Virus record (IMG/VR): IMGVR_UViG_3300048591_000212
Direction: 5' to 3' (one strand)
Length of the DNA stretch: 64,000 nt
DNA from: a virus
Taxonomy: Duplodnaviria; Heunggongvirae; Uroviricota; Caudoviricetes
Shown here one piece after another: positions 1 through 12,300 of the stretch; position 1 is the stretch's first letter; each line of letters opens with the position of its first letter. A model generated the notes under the pieces. That model saw only the letters and a program-made list of their open reading frames with translations, was not told the DNA's origin and did no database searches. A program made the position numbers and the translations under genes.

Positions 1-868
1 GTGTTTGTTGTGTCGCCATATAGATAACCAGTTGACTTAAATTTGAAATTAGCATCAATCAAATCAACTTCATTTACATCGTGCCGGAATCTTAGCCAAA
101 CCTTTGCTGTCGAAGAATCAAAAGAATTCCACAAAGAATCCTTTCCGTTATCTTTATGAATAATCGAATAAAGAACATTTGAGGCAGAGTTTGCTTCGTT
201 TTTCTTATAGGCAAATGCCGTTCTGTCGGCTGCGCCAGTCTGCATGTCCATAGTCAACAGACCATTTAGAATGCTGATATTTCCACTGACCTGCAACTTT
301 TCAGAAGGATCTGAAACTCCAATACCGACATTATCGGTATTGTAGTAAATCTTGTTTCCGGTTGCCTGCCAAAATGCCGTTGCAGTTGCCCAAGAAAGAG
401 TCCCAGAACCATTCGTAGTGAGAACCTGACCATTCGATCCGGCAGTCGCCGGAAAGGTCAGAGTCACATTTGAAGAAACCGTTGCTGGCGACTTCAAGGC
501 AATATAATGAGATGAATCCGAATCCGCCAGTCTCAATTCCGAGGCAGCATTTAGTGTAATATTCGAGGTTGAGGTCAGGCCAGCGAAGGTCGGAGAAGCC
601 CCCGTATGAATATTCTGGGGCAAAGAGATCGTCACATCATTCGCATTATTTGTAATAACAACCTGATTCGTTGTTCCTAATAGACTCTTATTCTCAAAAA
701 ACTGAGAAGATGAATTATATCTCAATATTTGATTATTGGATGGAGAAGAGACAGAGATAATTTCTAAGGATGATGGGGACAGATTTGAAATATAATTAAT
801 TGCTGCATTAGTCTTATCGATGTATTCAGCAAAAGAATCCGAATTCGGAATTATTTGTTTTAGTGACA
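1..868 (-). CDS. fibre-like structural protein, 5' part only (N-terminal ~289 aa; gene continues past window start)
   Basis: Open minus-strand frame from ATG at ~868 running off coordinate 1; Ser/Thr/Asn/Gly-rich fibre-like composition (MSLKQIIPNSDSFAEYIDKTNAAINYISN...). Confidence 0.5.
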
Positions 869-876
869 TATCTCTC

Positions 877-1058
877 TTATTTATTCAGAATGTTTATGAG
901 TTGATCCAGCTTCATTGACAGTTGTTCTACTTTACTTTCCAGATCATTCATCTTCTGTTCGGCCCGTTTTTGCTCTAGGAACTTTTGTCTGGCGCTATTA
1001 TCCTCAATAATAATTGCCCTTGAAGCAGTATCCCGAATTAAATTATCCTGTTCTGTTC
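877..1058 (-). CDS. small coiled-coil protein (~60 aa; track ORF 877..1131 trimmed to internal Met)
   Basis: Heptad-like C-terminus (KMNDLESKVEQLSMKLDQLINILNK); sits between two fibre genes, possible fibre assembly factor. Confidence 0.3.
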
Positions 1059-1076
1059 TTACATACATTTCCAGTA

Positions 1077-4000
1077 TTACTCCATATCTAGGACGATTGC
1101 TCTCATATCTTTCACAAACGGGACCACACATTTGTTGTCTGAGAGAAGCACGATCTTGACCACCAGACGATTAAATTCACCAATTGAAGTGGCCTCGTTC
1201 GGAGAAAACACGAACTCGATTAGGTCTCTGTCTGAATTCGAAAACACGTTTGAGTTCGGTTCTTCCTGAACCATTTCCACATAGGGAAGATTATTTATGG
1301 TATTGGCGTCCTCAGTTTTGGCAACCTTATAGTAGACCCGAATGTCCGTTCCGGCTGGCTTGTTGGCGGTGAGATACACTTTCAGGTAATCATTATTATT
1401 CTTTAGATTTGCCACTCTCGTAAAGTATCGTGTCTCAGAACCACCAAATTCGGCATCAGTTTCGGAGCTTACGGCAGTGATTGTACACAAAACCGCATTG
1501 GCTGAGGTAAATGTTTCTGCTGGAGCGAAGTATCCAGAAGAGGTTTTCTTTAGGAAAAGTTTTCCGCTTTCGGAGATAATGATATGATCGGTTCCCACAC
1601 CCAATCCGGTGATGTCTTGGGCCGTTCCGGCAATGGCATTTGCCGCAGAGGTAGCCAATTTGATTGTATCATTATCCACCTTAATCACGAAATACACGGC
1701 AGAGTTAGAGAGTCCAGTAATGCTCGTTCCACCACCATTACCATAAATTACTTTATTTCCGGTAATGAAACCGTGATTTTCAATACTGATAGTGTTGTTC
1801 GCAACACTGACAATATTAGCATCGGAACCATTAAAGACGAATTTTGATATTTCATAATCATACACAATTCCAGTATTTGATCCAACAGTCTGGTTGGCCC
1901 CAGAAACGAAACTTGGGCCATCGGTCGAAGCATGAGTAAATGAGAGAACATCTGTGGCATTATTTACCAAATTTTCAACACAGATCAGATTAGTTCTTTC
2001 GGAGTCAATGATTGGAGAAACGAACTTATTCGCCGTTCTCATTATGGTTCTATATCTGAAATTCTCAGAAGCCTCTCCAGTGATCTCTTTCTCATTCTTC
2101 AGAAATACATTATTGTTAGGAGAAATTGGAACAAAATTATTCACTGAGGCATTATAGGAAACATCTGTCACGTTTTTCGAAATGTAAGAATGGCTCAGGG
2201 AACAAGAAGGAAAAGTCTGAATTGTGTCTCCAATCTTAATCAGGCTCATGTATGTCATATCCGAATACGGCTTATTCTCCACAAATTCAGCGAAGACGTT
2301 TGTGTTGGTCGAAAATTCACAAAGGAATAATTCAAACACCAGATCCAGATTTTGTTCCGGTGTCCATGTTGAGCTATTCTGAGAAGTGAACAGAGATCCA
2401 GCATAAGGCTGCTCCGAAATGACTTCTGTCGAACCGAGTCTCTTCTGACCGATCTCGGCAGTGTAGACCTCATAATTATTTGAATTCGAAAGAATGACAA
2501 CAGAATATTCTCCGGGTTGTAGATAAATCGGAGAATCAAACTCGATGGTTGTTCCGTAATTCAGAATTTGAGTATTGTTATTATTCAAATTCGAAGGAGG
2601 AATATTGACTGAAGCCGGAAGCACGGTCTTAGAACCAAAAGGCATCACAAAGGAAGAGTGTGGAAACCCGTTTACTGTAGGCCGAATTTGTACTGTCACA
2701 GGAAGAGAATTATCCTTTGAGCGGAAGAACAACTTCACTTTACTTAGAAATACTCCTTCCTTATAGACGGATGGATCAACCAAGAATGTCTGGGCCAGAG
2801 GATCAATCCAAGTGACAACTGGTGCCTGTTCAAATAGATTTTCAGAAAATTCCGATGTTCTGGACACAATCCTATTGATTGGATTGGAAGAAATATTCTG
2901 TGTCTCGGTTAGAATCTGATTCTGAATCTCAAAATTTCTAATTCTAGCAATCGTTTCTTCTACTGTATTAATTGTGCCAGATGAAGAGAAAATTCCCTCT
3001 GCCATAGTCGTAGAAGTTGTCAACTCATTGAGAGAGCTATCAGTAATTCTGACAGTCTTATTTCCAGTACGAAAACGAAATGTTGCCGAAGAATTCGGAT
3101 TCGGAATATTGATTGTTCCAATGAAGGTTCCCGCCGAGTCAGTTTTAAGTGTACCAGAAATAACATACGGAGAATTTCCTGTCACTATTGAGGACACATT
3201 CACATCATCAAAGAACACATAGACACGAGTATTCGGTTTCAATGATGTGGCAACCACAGCAATTTGGGCTGCTCTCATAAACGGAATCACAGAAACGTCA
3301 ACGATCCGCTCTCCTCTGGATTCTTCGGTGATGGTTGAGGTTAGAGAACTAGAAATTCCAGTACGAGTTCTCTGGCCCGTCTGAACAAAATTTTCTGTGG
3401 TGATGGTATCCCGACGAATATTTTCTCCGATGATAGTATCGAAATCCATATTTCCAGTAGGATCAACTCGAAAAATAGGAGCAACCCCAACCGAAGAAAT
3501 GCTGCTTTGGTCCAGAATTTCGATTCCAGTCCATGTTGTTTCCCATTCATTCCATCGAGTCCCTTCGAAATTCTGGGACAGAAAATTATCATTTATGTTG
3601 TCAATATTCAGAATAACGTCTGGTCTCTTATTTGTCTCTACCCAGACATCCGAGGCAGGATTCAACTGCATCTGTCCAACCCAAGAGAAGACATTATATG
3701 GATTCACGTTCAGGAACCCAGATGCCTGTAATTGGGACACCATTTTGAAATTAGATGTATAAGGAATGAGAAGAATATTACCCTTCTTTACTGGCTTGTT
3801 TCCAACCGATTCCGTAGAGATTGTACTTGAGGTATGCTCCAGTTTGAAATTACGAGACTTAAATCTCGGTCTCAGTTGTCTATTTTCGAAATCGATAGAA
3901 CAAGAATAATCAGCCCGATCAACATCGCCAATATTATGTCCTGAAAAATTCTCAGCGATAAAGCCATTTTTGAACCTGCTATTACCAGCGCCGTCTCTAA

Positions 4001-7000
4001 CCAAAAGATCGGCGGTTTCTTTTTCCAATAATGTTAAAGCGGTATAGTATTCAAGATTTCCAATTCTCTTTTCGATTCTGCCAATATCTCTCATGGTATA
4101 TCTTTTGTTTTCGATAAATTCTAAAAAGAGATCATTCTGGTTATAAGTGTATGGATTCAAAGAAATATTGTAAATAGTCATTGAATCGCTATTACTTTGC
4201 GGCAGCTTCGGATTTTCGTCAGATATTCCTTTTAATACTTCAAATCTCTTTTCCTTAGAGATGACCAGACGATCCTTTCTCGGAAGATAATACGCAGCAT
4301 CAGCCTCAAAGTTCGAATTATTCAGAGGAAATTCAGAAAAGAAGGAAGCGAACATCGCTGCTGGAAATACATTTTCATTATTGATTGGAGTATTATCCGG
4401 CACAATTGGACGGAAGTCCACGCAGTCTCTTAGATTAAATGCCCGCCCACTTACCGAAGAATAGTAGGTAGGAATCTTCTTGTAGTCATTATAGCTACGA
4501 GTAACGATGGCCCCAATTGATCGAGAATGTTCCCAATAATTAAATAGAACTAGAATATTACCAACAGGAAAATTGGCCCGAAATTCTGGTTTTAATGTAA
4601 TGGAAGCATGATCATAATGAGTGTCACGCTGACCATTATCAAAAGTGAACATTAAAGTAATGTCCTCCCCACCAGTAATTTCGTTTCCAGACACGACCGG
4701 ATTCAAATAAATCTTTTCGGCATTAATCACGTCGGATTTATTCAGAGAGAATCGATAATCATTTGTGGCAAAATCATAAGCAGAAACATATCGTCTTCCA
4801 GATGACAGGTTATCCGATAGTGAAATGGTAGTAGAATATCTTCTAAAGGTTTTGGTTCTTGGATCGGGAGATTCGGCCTTCACTGTTGCATATAGACAAT
4901 ATGTGGCGTCATCGAAGTCCGTTCCTCTGGAAATCGTTACAGTACTATTACTAACCGAATTTGAAACGGTGGCTCCGGTCAGGGTGCTTGTTAGATCGAC
5001 ACATGGATCGCCATTCGTTGCCCCAATTTGAATCAATTGAAAATTAGAAAGGCCCGGAAGAAACTCATAAGGAGAATTAATAGTAAATTGTAGTTCCTGA
5101 ATTCCTGAACCACCACCAGAAACAGTATTATAGTTTCTCAGATAATAGGCAGTATTGGCAAATGTCGGCGTGACTCCATCATCAATAACCGGAGACATTC
5201 CAAAAAATCCAACAGGAATGATCCATTCTTGGTTAGTGTTTCCATAAATGCGAGTATCTCGAATTCGAAAACTGGTTGGAATAGAAACCGTGGCCGATGA
5301 AGAAAGTGTAAGCTGAGTGTCGCTTGTAATCACCGTAACATCATAGGCAACATTATTGATGACAATTCTTGATCCAACTCTCAATTCTGTCTGAAACTTT
5401 GTTCCGGTTCCGGTTGCGGTTGTTCCAGATACGGTTACGTTTCCGGTTCCTGTTGATTCTGTGGCACCGATTCCATCAATTAGGATGGTTGCTGTTTGGG
5501 CTGTGCTGCCGTATTTTGCAATTTTTCGAACAGTCTCGAAGAATTTTCCTGAACTCATTTTCACATTAAACAAATAGACTCTGTAGTTTGTTCCTTCAGA
5601 CTCTATCATTCTGACATTCGCCAGACCAATTACATTATTATCATAGTCGAGTAACTGAACATTCTCCAAAACCGAGAAATTGAAATTCGCTGCCATCACC
5701 GAACAGACGACATAGCTACCATAGGCCACAGAAAAGTCGTGTCTTGAGACGTTCACGATTTCTCTGGCCTTGTCAATAAGAATATTATTTGGAGAAATGG
5801 TCTCAAATTCGGCACCTTTCACATAGGCTTTGCCGGGAGAAATTCTCAGATTAATCTTCTTTCCGTCCTTCACCAGAAAACGAGATGCCGAGACAACTGT
5901 GCTGTTTTCTCCTGATGTTGGAGTTACTGATACTTGAAGATTATTCTCGACATTTCCTACGACCGTAAATTCTTTTCCATCGGCTTCGATAACGGAACCT
6001 GTAGCCAACTCTTCAGTGAACAGAGTATTTGTCCCAGAAACCGTTCCGGCACTTACTGTAATTGTTCCCGTGCCTTTGAAAGAATTTAGTGGCTGAACCA
6101 AGAACGGTCTTACGGTATAGTCACCGGACTCGTCATAGGTTCTGCGTTCCAACATTTTTTCGATATCAGAATATTGAGGATAGATGATCTGTTTCAGAAT
6201 CTCTCCGTTTTCCAGACGAATCAATTCATAGAAATCCGTCAAATTATCGGCTGAGTCGATGTCTCTTGTTTCCAGAAGAAGCTCAATTTTCAGACGATGG
6301 GCACCGGGAGAGGCGTAGTTACTAAAACCGGCAGCCGGATCAAGAAGACTATTGTCCGAAGAATCATCCACCACAATATAATTTACGTCAATTCCAACTT
6401 TCTTTGAAGGAATATCGGTATAATCAACCACAATCGTCTGAGAATTTACCACACAAAAGAATCCATCAATAAAGAAAATTCCGTCATTGATCGAGGCTGT
6501 TGTGGCCTTTCCGTAAAATGCGGTTTCCTGAATTTCGGCGTCCTGAGATGACGCGCTTCCTTCAATTCGAACATGAGCATTCCCAACAATTGCGGAAAAG
6601 TCTCCAAAGATTTCTGAAATGATTAGAGTATCCGATCCAGCAGTCAGAGTAACAACTGCCTTGGCTACCTGAGTTGTTCCGGTTTCATCAAAGATATCGA
6701 TTCTTTTGTTCAGAAAATTTAGAATATTGACAGTAGTTCCACCATTCTGAATTGTTTCTCCGTTATTCGTAGACTTGATTTTGAGAAACTTCGCACCGCG
6801 ATTAATGGTAGTCTGGGCACCAACGACAAGAGAACCATTCTTGAAGATATGATTTCCGAACTTGGTAATTTGATCCTGAAGAATCGACTGAATCTGGGTC
6901 AACTCTCTTGCCTGAACAGAATAACCCGGCCTAAAGAGAAGCTGGTAGAAACTCTTTAGAGAATCGAAATCATCATAATATGGTGCAATATTTGTATTCT

Positions 7001-7007
7001 TTGGCAT
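1077..7007 (-). CDS. very large virion structural protein (1976 aa), fibre or baseplate-associated
   Basis: Uninterrupted 5.9 kb ORF; T/S/G/N-rich beta-rich composition typical of phage fibres; AAGGA SD 5-6 nt before ATG; in late structural operon. Confidence 0.75.
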   Translation of the reverse strand: MPKNTNIAPYYDDFDSLKSFYQLLFRPGYSVQARELTQIQSILQDQITKFGNHIFKNGSLVVGAQTTINRGAKFLKIKSTNNGETIQNGGTTVNILNFLNKRIDIFDETGTTQVAKAVVTLTAGSDTLIISEIFGDFSAIVGNAHVRIEGSASSQDAEIQETAFYGKATTASINDGIFFIDGFFCVVNSQTIVVDYTDIPSKKVGIDVNYIVVDDSSDNSLLDPAAGFSNYASPGAHRLKIELLLETRDIDSADNLTDFYELIRLENGEILKQIIYPQYSDIEKMLERRTYDESGDYTVRPFLVQPLNSFKGTGTITVSAGTVSGTNTLFTEELATGSVIEADGKEFTVVGNVENNLQVSVTPTSGENSTVVSASRFLVKDGKKINLRISPGKAYVKGAEFETISPNNILIDKAREIVNVSRHDFSVAYGSYVVCSVMAANFNFSVLENVQLLDYDNNVIGLANVRMIESEGTNYRVYLFNVKMSSGKFFETVRKIAKYGSTAQTATILIDGIGATESTGTGNVTVSGTTATGTGTKFQTELRVGSRIVINNVAYDVTVITSDTQLTLSSSATVSIPTSFRIRDTRIYGNTNQEWIIPVGFFGMSPVIDDGVTPTFANTAYYLRNYNTVSGGGSGIQELQFTINSPYEFLPGLSNFQLIQIGATNGDPCVDLTSTLTGATVSNSVSNSTVTISRGTDFDDATYCLYATVKAESPDPRTKTFRRYSTTISLSDNLSSGRRYVSAYDFATNDYRFSLNKSDVINAEKIYLNPVVSGNEITGGEDITLMFTFDNGQRDTHYDHASITLKPEFRANFPVGNILVLFNYWEHSRSIGAIVTRSYNDYKKIPTYYSSVSGRAFNLRDCVDFRPIVPDNTPINNENVFPAAMFASFFSEFPLNNSNFEADAAYYLPRKDRLVISKEKRFEVLKGISDENPKLPQSNSDSMTIYNISLNPYTYNQNDLFLEFIENKRYTMRDIGRIEKRIGNLEYYTALTLLEKETADLLVRDGAGNSRFKNGFIAENFSGHNIGDVDRADYSCSIDFENRQLRPRFKSRNFKLEHTSSTISTESVGNKPVKKGNILLIPYTSNFKMVSQLQASGFLNVNPYNVFSWVGQMQLNPASDVWVETNKRPDVILNIDNINDNFLSQNFEGTRWNEWETTWTGIEILDQSSISSVGVAPIFRVDPTGNMDFDTIIGENIRRDTITTENFVQTGQRTRTGISSSLTSTITEESRGERIVDVSVIPFMRAAQIAVVATSLKPNTRVYVFFDDVNVSSIVTGNSPYVISGTLKTDSAGTFIGTINIPNPNSSATFRFRTGNKTVRITDSSLNELTTSTTMAEGIFSSSGTINTVEETIARIRNFEIQNQILTETQNISSNPINRIVSRTSEFSENLFEQAPVVTWIDPLAQTFLVDPSVYKEGVFLSKVKLFFRSKDNSLPVTVQIRPTVNGFPHSSFVMPFGSKTVLPASVNIPPSNLNNNNTQILNYGTTIEFDSPIYLQPGEYSVVILSNSNNYEVYTAEIGQKRLGSTEVISEQPYAGSLFTSQNSSTWTPEQNLDLVFELFLCEFSTNTNVFAEFVENKPYSDMTYMSLIKIGDTIQTFPSCSLSHSYISKNVTDVSYNASVNNFVPISPNNNVFLKNEKEITGEASENFRYRTIMRTANKFVSPIIDSERTNLICVENLVNNATDVLSFTHASTDGPSFVSGANQTVGSNTGIVYDYEISKFVFNGSDANIVSVANNTISIENHGFITGNKVIYGNGGGTSITGLSNSAVYFVIKVDNDTIKLATSAANAIAGTAQDITGLGVGTDHIIISESGKLFLKKTSSGYFAPAETFTSANAVLCTITAVSSETDAEFGGSETRYFTRVANLKNNNDYLKVYLTANKPAGTDIRVYYKVAKTEDANTINNLPYVEMVQEEPNSNVFSNSDRDLIEFVFSPNEATSIGEFNRLVVKIVLLSDNKCVVPFVKDMRAIVLDME

Positions 7008-7015
7008 CTATATCC

Positions 7016-9274
7016 TTAAAACTCTAAGATAACTTTGAACTCTTCTTTCTGATCATCGGAACGAGAAATTTTCTTTCTGTTCTGGACAATCATACATTCC
7101 CCATATTCAGTAAGAACCGAAGGTAGTTCCACTGCGCTGATGGCGACATTGGCACTTCCGCCGACAACATTATAGCTGTCTTCAAATATACCAGAAGTAT
7201 TTAGAACATATAATTTCGATGCAACAGTGTCCTGATAGATCACAATTCCCTTGGCATTTGTTGTGTTCTGGGTTACTTCTTCATCCTGAACAAATGAGCC
7301 AGATCCGGTATAAGTCAGAACAACAGTCTGATTGTAAATATTTCCAGACACAACAATTCCATATTCCGAATTTGGTCTTCCTGTGGTTCCGTTCACTCCA
7401 GCAGTCGGTAAAGCATTTGAGTCCCAGACCGAATCGACTTCGGTCCTTCCATACTCAATTGTGGCTACCTTTGTGGTTCCATTATAGCCAGTAATTAATT
7501 TTTTCTGACCATAGCCAATTCCGTCAATAATCTTGATTAGACGATTGATATAGAAATCATTCGTTGCCGATGATGACGCATCCAAGGTAATTGTCGTACT
7601 AGTCGAGGCGACAGTTGCGGCCTTTTCAGAAATTGGATTCTTGATGATTCCGACTTTTCGATAATCATTGGAAGCCACAATTTCTCCAGCTTCCGAACCA
7701 TCCAAATTAATATTACAAATTAAGGCAGACGCTCCAAGTTCCTTCTGGGCATCATGACCGTGCCCGTATTTTGGTGAAAGAATTGCGGAGAATTCTGCGC
7801 CGGAACCAACAGCCGGAACACCAGATACCGTAATAGTGGCATCCTTATAACCCGAACCCATTTCTAAAACCGACACGGCCTGAATCTTTCCGCCAACAAT
7901 TTTTGAATAAGGAATACGAGCGACCATTCCGGTTCCAGTATTTGATGTGATGGTTAATGTTGGACAAATTTCAAATACCGAAGACGAATTCGGCGTGACA
8001 CCCCATGCCGCAACAGTCGCAGTTTTGGTGGACCCGACATAATTTGAAATGGTCCGAATCTGCCCCGCTCCCTGTCCAGACACGATATACACAGACATTC
8101 CTGTATAATGATTATCGGAGGCACTTGCCCCACCATCCAGAACAATCGTAGTTGACGATCCAGATGCGGCATTACCAGTATAAATTCGATCCCCATACCC
8201 AGAACCACTCTTTAGGACAACGACAGTATCAATACCATCCAGAGCATTTGTCTGAATATCAAATTGATCGGTTCCGTCATCATACATCTTAATTCCAACG
8301 GGAATCCAATTCTTTGTAAGAAAATTAATCGAATCTGCTGGACTAATTGAAAACATATACTTCCAGCGGTATCCATCAGCCAACTCCACTGTCTGCTGAG
8401 AAGAATTTAATGATGTCACTGTTGGCTCAATTGTGGAATATCCTCTCTTCTCAACCGTGATAACGTCTCCCTCTTTCACGGCCCCAGAAACAAATTGAAT
8501 TGTTGTGGTGCTGGATTCAATATATGTATTAAAATTCTTTCTCTTATTTGAAGAGAATACCAGAATTTCGTCTGTGGCTGGAGTATAGGTGAATGAAGCC
8601 AGAGTAACCGATTCCCTCAGAAGAGTATGAGTTGTTCCTGTTCCGAGTGTTCCAAGAGCAACCGCGCCACCGCCCACCGTTAGAGACAACTGAAAAGTAT
8701 TTTGGGTTGAATTTACAACATAATATACCGTTCCAGAGGTCAAAGAACCAATTGCTGTTCCAGAACCCGGAGAATAATAAACCTTGGTTCCGCTTTCAAA
8801 ACCGTGATCATTTGATGTGATAACATTGGTTGATGTATTCACCACAGATCCAGAAGATCCATCAAAGGTCAGTTTATTAATAACAAATGACTCCCGAATC
8901 GCTCCGTTCCAGAGACACTTGAAAACTTGAAATTGGGAATTGACAACATAGAAAGGAGAAAACAATACATCAGTATAATCGAAGATGTCATTCTTATCGT
9001 CATAATATTGATAAATGTTGCCAGATTCCCAATTATATCTCTTGGCACCAATGGTCAGATTGGAGGCTCCAACTTTCTTTAGGGCCAGAATTTCCTTGCT
9101 TAGAATAAGATTGAGATCCTGAGAATCAAAATTAGAATCAGGATTATCTTCATCGGACCATGACGACGGCTTCGCGATGAAGAAGTAAAATACGTCCCGG
9201 TTGCTCAATAGGTCATTGAACAACTTTTTGCAGTTGTCCACTCTCAGATTTGTTGTGGTTACGACTGATGCCAT
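7016..9274 (-). CDS. virion structural protein (752 aa), fibre or baseplate-associated
   Basis: Long ORF, G/T/S-rich; GAGGGAG SD; late-like CATAAATA box upstream. Confidence 0.7.
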   Translation of the reverse strand: MASVVTTTNLRVDNCKKLFNDLLSNRDVFYFFIAKPSSWSDEDNPDSNFDSQDLNLILSKEILALKKVGASNLTIGAKRYNWESGNIYQYYDDKNDIFDYTDVLFSPFYVVNSQFQVFKCLWNGAIRESFVINKLTFDGSSGSVVNTSTNVITSNDHGFESGTKVYYSPGSGTAIGSLTSGTVYYVVNSTQNTFQLSLTVGGGAVALGTLGTGTTHTLLRESVTLASFTYTPATDEILVFSSNKRKNFNTYIESSTTTIQFVSGAVKEGDVITVEKRGYSTIEPTVTSLNSSQQTVELADGYRWKYMFSISPADSINFLTKNWIPVGIKMYDDGTDQFDIQTNALDGIDTVVVLKSGSGYGDRIYTGNAASGSSTTIVLDGGASASDNHYTGMSVYIVSGQGAGQIRTISNYVGSTKTATVAAWGVTPNSSSVFEICPTLTITSNTGTGMVARIPYSKIVGGKIQAVSVLEMGSGYKDATITVSGVPAVGSGAEFSAILSPKYGHGHDAQKELGASALICNINLDGSEAGEIVASNDYRKVGIIKNPISEKAATVASTSTTITLDASSSATNDFYINRLIKIIDGIGYGQKKLITGYNGTTKVATIEYGRTEVDSVWDSNALPTAGVNGTTGRPNSEYGIVVSGNIYNQTVVLTYTGSGSFVQDEEVTQNTTNAKGIVIYQDTVASKLYVLNTSGIFEDSYNVVGGSANVAISAVELPSVLTEYGECMIVQNRKKISRSDDQKEEFKVILEF

Positions 9275-9311
9275 TTTCTTTTTTGATTCTCCCTCTCAGG
9301 TATTTATGATA

Positions 9312-12300
9312 CTAGTATTTCAAATTTGTGTCTATTTCTGTACGAATTTTTTTCATTCTGGCGACAATATCATCCTCGTCGATGTAATAATCCTGAATAT
9401 AATCATTCACATCAAACATTGCCGAATCGAAAAATGACGAATAATCTTTTCTCTTTACTTTATATACAGATGTGTGATTTGGAATGACATTCCAATCGTT
9501 CTCGAAAATACAAAGATTTCGAATATCATCATAAATTTGATATGAACTAGGAACGAAGTTATCATATCCGAAAAACTTGGAAACGACGTTTGTTTGTCCT
9601 CGGCCAACTCCAGAAATAATTTCAATTTCCTTGCCTTCTAATTCTGAATAATTTATTTGGGAATCTTCGGACACTCTGAGATTCCAAAGAGCAATTCCTC
9701 GACTGGTATTTCCAGTGTATGATGCCGTGGACGAATCCAAAAGTAAGGCCACCCTAAATCTCATATCAACAACGTCTTCGGATGGAGTGTAATTGAAACT
9801 GATTCTGTACCAATCATCACCAACATCAGTTAGCTGTGCCCCGGACAGGTTTGGTCCAATCACATTATTAATTTGTGGAGTTCCCGAAATTGTGGCCCGA
9901 ACCAAGGAAGCGTTTGTTCCTTCTCCAATATGAATTACATAAAAATCCACAGCCGGATTTCCAAGAGACTTCATAAATCCAGAAAAATTATATGTCCGAC
10001 CAGCAGAAAATCCCGGCACTCCTTGTTCCAGATAGTGTTCTCCGTCTTCTACAGTCTCATAGATTGAATATTCATTTGATATGCTATATGGAGAATTAAT
10101 ATTATCAGACTGAGAACAAGTCACATTCTTTTTTCTCCAGCCCGAATTCAGGTTTGTGGTGTTCTCTATTTCATCTCCAGAAAGAAGCTCCAAATTCCAA
10201 ACATAAACATCTCCAGTATCCAAGGCCGAACCACCAAGAATTGAGGCTCGATTTTCTAGTCCGAAGTCAATTGATTCGGACGAATTTCCAAATGTTCTTG
10301 AAAGCAAATATCGAGTTGGCTTATTGGTCAGGTCAATAGTCACAAAACTGTCGTCGGCCTCTCCGGTTGTTCCGTTCGCAAGCCGAATACCAATTTTTGT
10401 TTTATTTGGACTCCAGAGCCAGACGGATACTGTGTGTTTGATTCCAATAATATCCCCAATCGGAGGCATCACATAGGTAAATCTCTTGTACCGATAGGAA
10501 CTGGCATCATCAAATGAAATTAGATTGGCCGAATTTCCTCCAGCCGGATCTGGTTCATTTAGAGAAACAAGTGTGGTATTTGATTCCAAGGACGACATTT
10601 CTAAGGAAAAATTGAACGGACTCGTATTCAAGGCATTTCTATAAAAACCATTCGAGGAAACCAAAAGATTTTTTCCAATAACATCGGACTCATTCAGATC
10701 CAAATTTGTTGAACTTTCCGAGAGAGAATTTCTCATTACTCCGTTTTCGAACTTGGTAGATTTGGAAATGATATATTCCATAGTATTATCAAATCGATTT
10801 GGAAAATGACCATCAACGTACACAGTCAGAAAGATTCCATTGTTTTCAAATTTAAGAATCTTCCCTCCATAGTTTCGATTTGAGATGTATGGGTTATATT
10901 CTGTGACAGTATAGATATTCTTTTCTGATCGAGAAACCTGCGCCCCCCAGATATGAAAGAACTTTGAGCCATCACCGGCAACGCCCTGTCCACCATTTTC
11001 GGAAGGAACAATCACAAATTCCTTTACTGATGAATCCAACAATCCGTAACCGTAAACCGAACATCTCAGCCAGCCGCCCCCCATATCCTCAATGGTTGCT
11101 CCATGATCCTTCCAAGTAGCCGAAATATCTCCACCATCATAGGTAACGGTTTGAGTATCCAGATCAAAAAGATATCGAATAAATGAAACTCCGCTGTGCT
11201 GAAGAAGTAATTTTACTTCAGTCAAAGATCCAGCCAAAACATACACCGAGCCAACATAAAATCCGCCATCCGAGCTTTCCGGTGCCGACCAGTTTAATGC
11301 CTGAGTTATGGACTGAGAAGAAGTTGAATTATTACATACTACCTTCGTCGCATTTCCGGTTCCAGTTGGCGATGTTTCATCGTCGTCAGTTAAGGTCACG
11401 TTTGACTTTATCCAATTTGCTACCGAAAATAGTTCCGAATTTGTCAGAAGATTTTCTTTTCCATCAAAAACATGAATGTTGAACCCATTTAGAGTGTCTG
11501 TCGGGAAACTCAGACCAAGAGGTTTTAGATTGATTTTTGATACAACAGTAGAATAATTTACCGAAGAGTCCGCTCTTAGATACTCTACATCTCTTTGGTG
11601 TAGTGATTTTCTGAAAAATTGAGTTCCATAGATTCGGAAACCATCAACCCATGCACTTCCGGTCTTGGTTGTTCCGTTATCGGCTCCGACAGAGCGAATT
11701 TCAATATATGGAACAATTTCGGTAAAGGACACTGAGGACACAAATGCTGTGGACTCTATGGTGCATCGATAGAAGCCATTTCCGGCATCTTCGATTGTTC
11801 CGGCACAGCCGTTTTCGGTTCCCTTGACACCATTTTCTAAATCAAACCAACACACGAAATATCCAGAATTTGAATATTGAACATATAACCGAACCCATTG
11901 GGCCGAACCCTGCTTTTGAAGATAGGTGGACAACACATAATTTCCTGTACTCGTGATTCCATTTACTCTCTGAAGAATACTATATATGCTTCCGGCTGTG
12001 CTATTATTTTCCAAAACTTCGTCGTATTCGTTGGTATGCTCGACATCGACGTTCGTTCTCACCCAAGAATTTTTGGTAATATCAGCAGAATCAATAATCA
12101 GGTTGGTCTTACCGGAAGAGAAGGCCTCTGTTTTAACATAAGGAAGCATGATTTCCCGACTCAGTTGCGCCCCCCAAGCAAGAAAGGAATGTTCGGCACT
12201 CTCTTCGTCTGGATGTGAATGAATGTAAATATTTCCGGTTGCTGTATTTTCTGGCATGAATTCAAATGAAAATCTTTGCCATTCAGCAGTAGCAATAACT

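Noticed and set aside
1184-6000. Numerous 60-120 aa plus-strand ORFs inside 1077..7007 (and similar ones inside 7016..13391)
   Set aside because: Embedded antisense or frame-shadow ORFs within very long, well-supported structural genes
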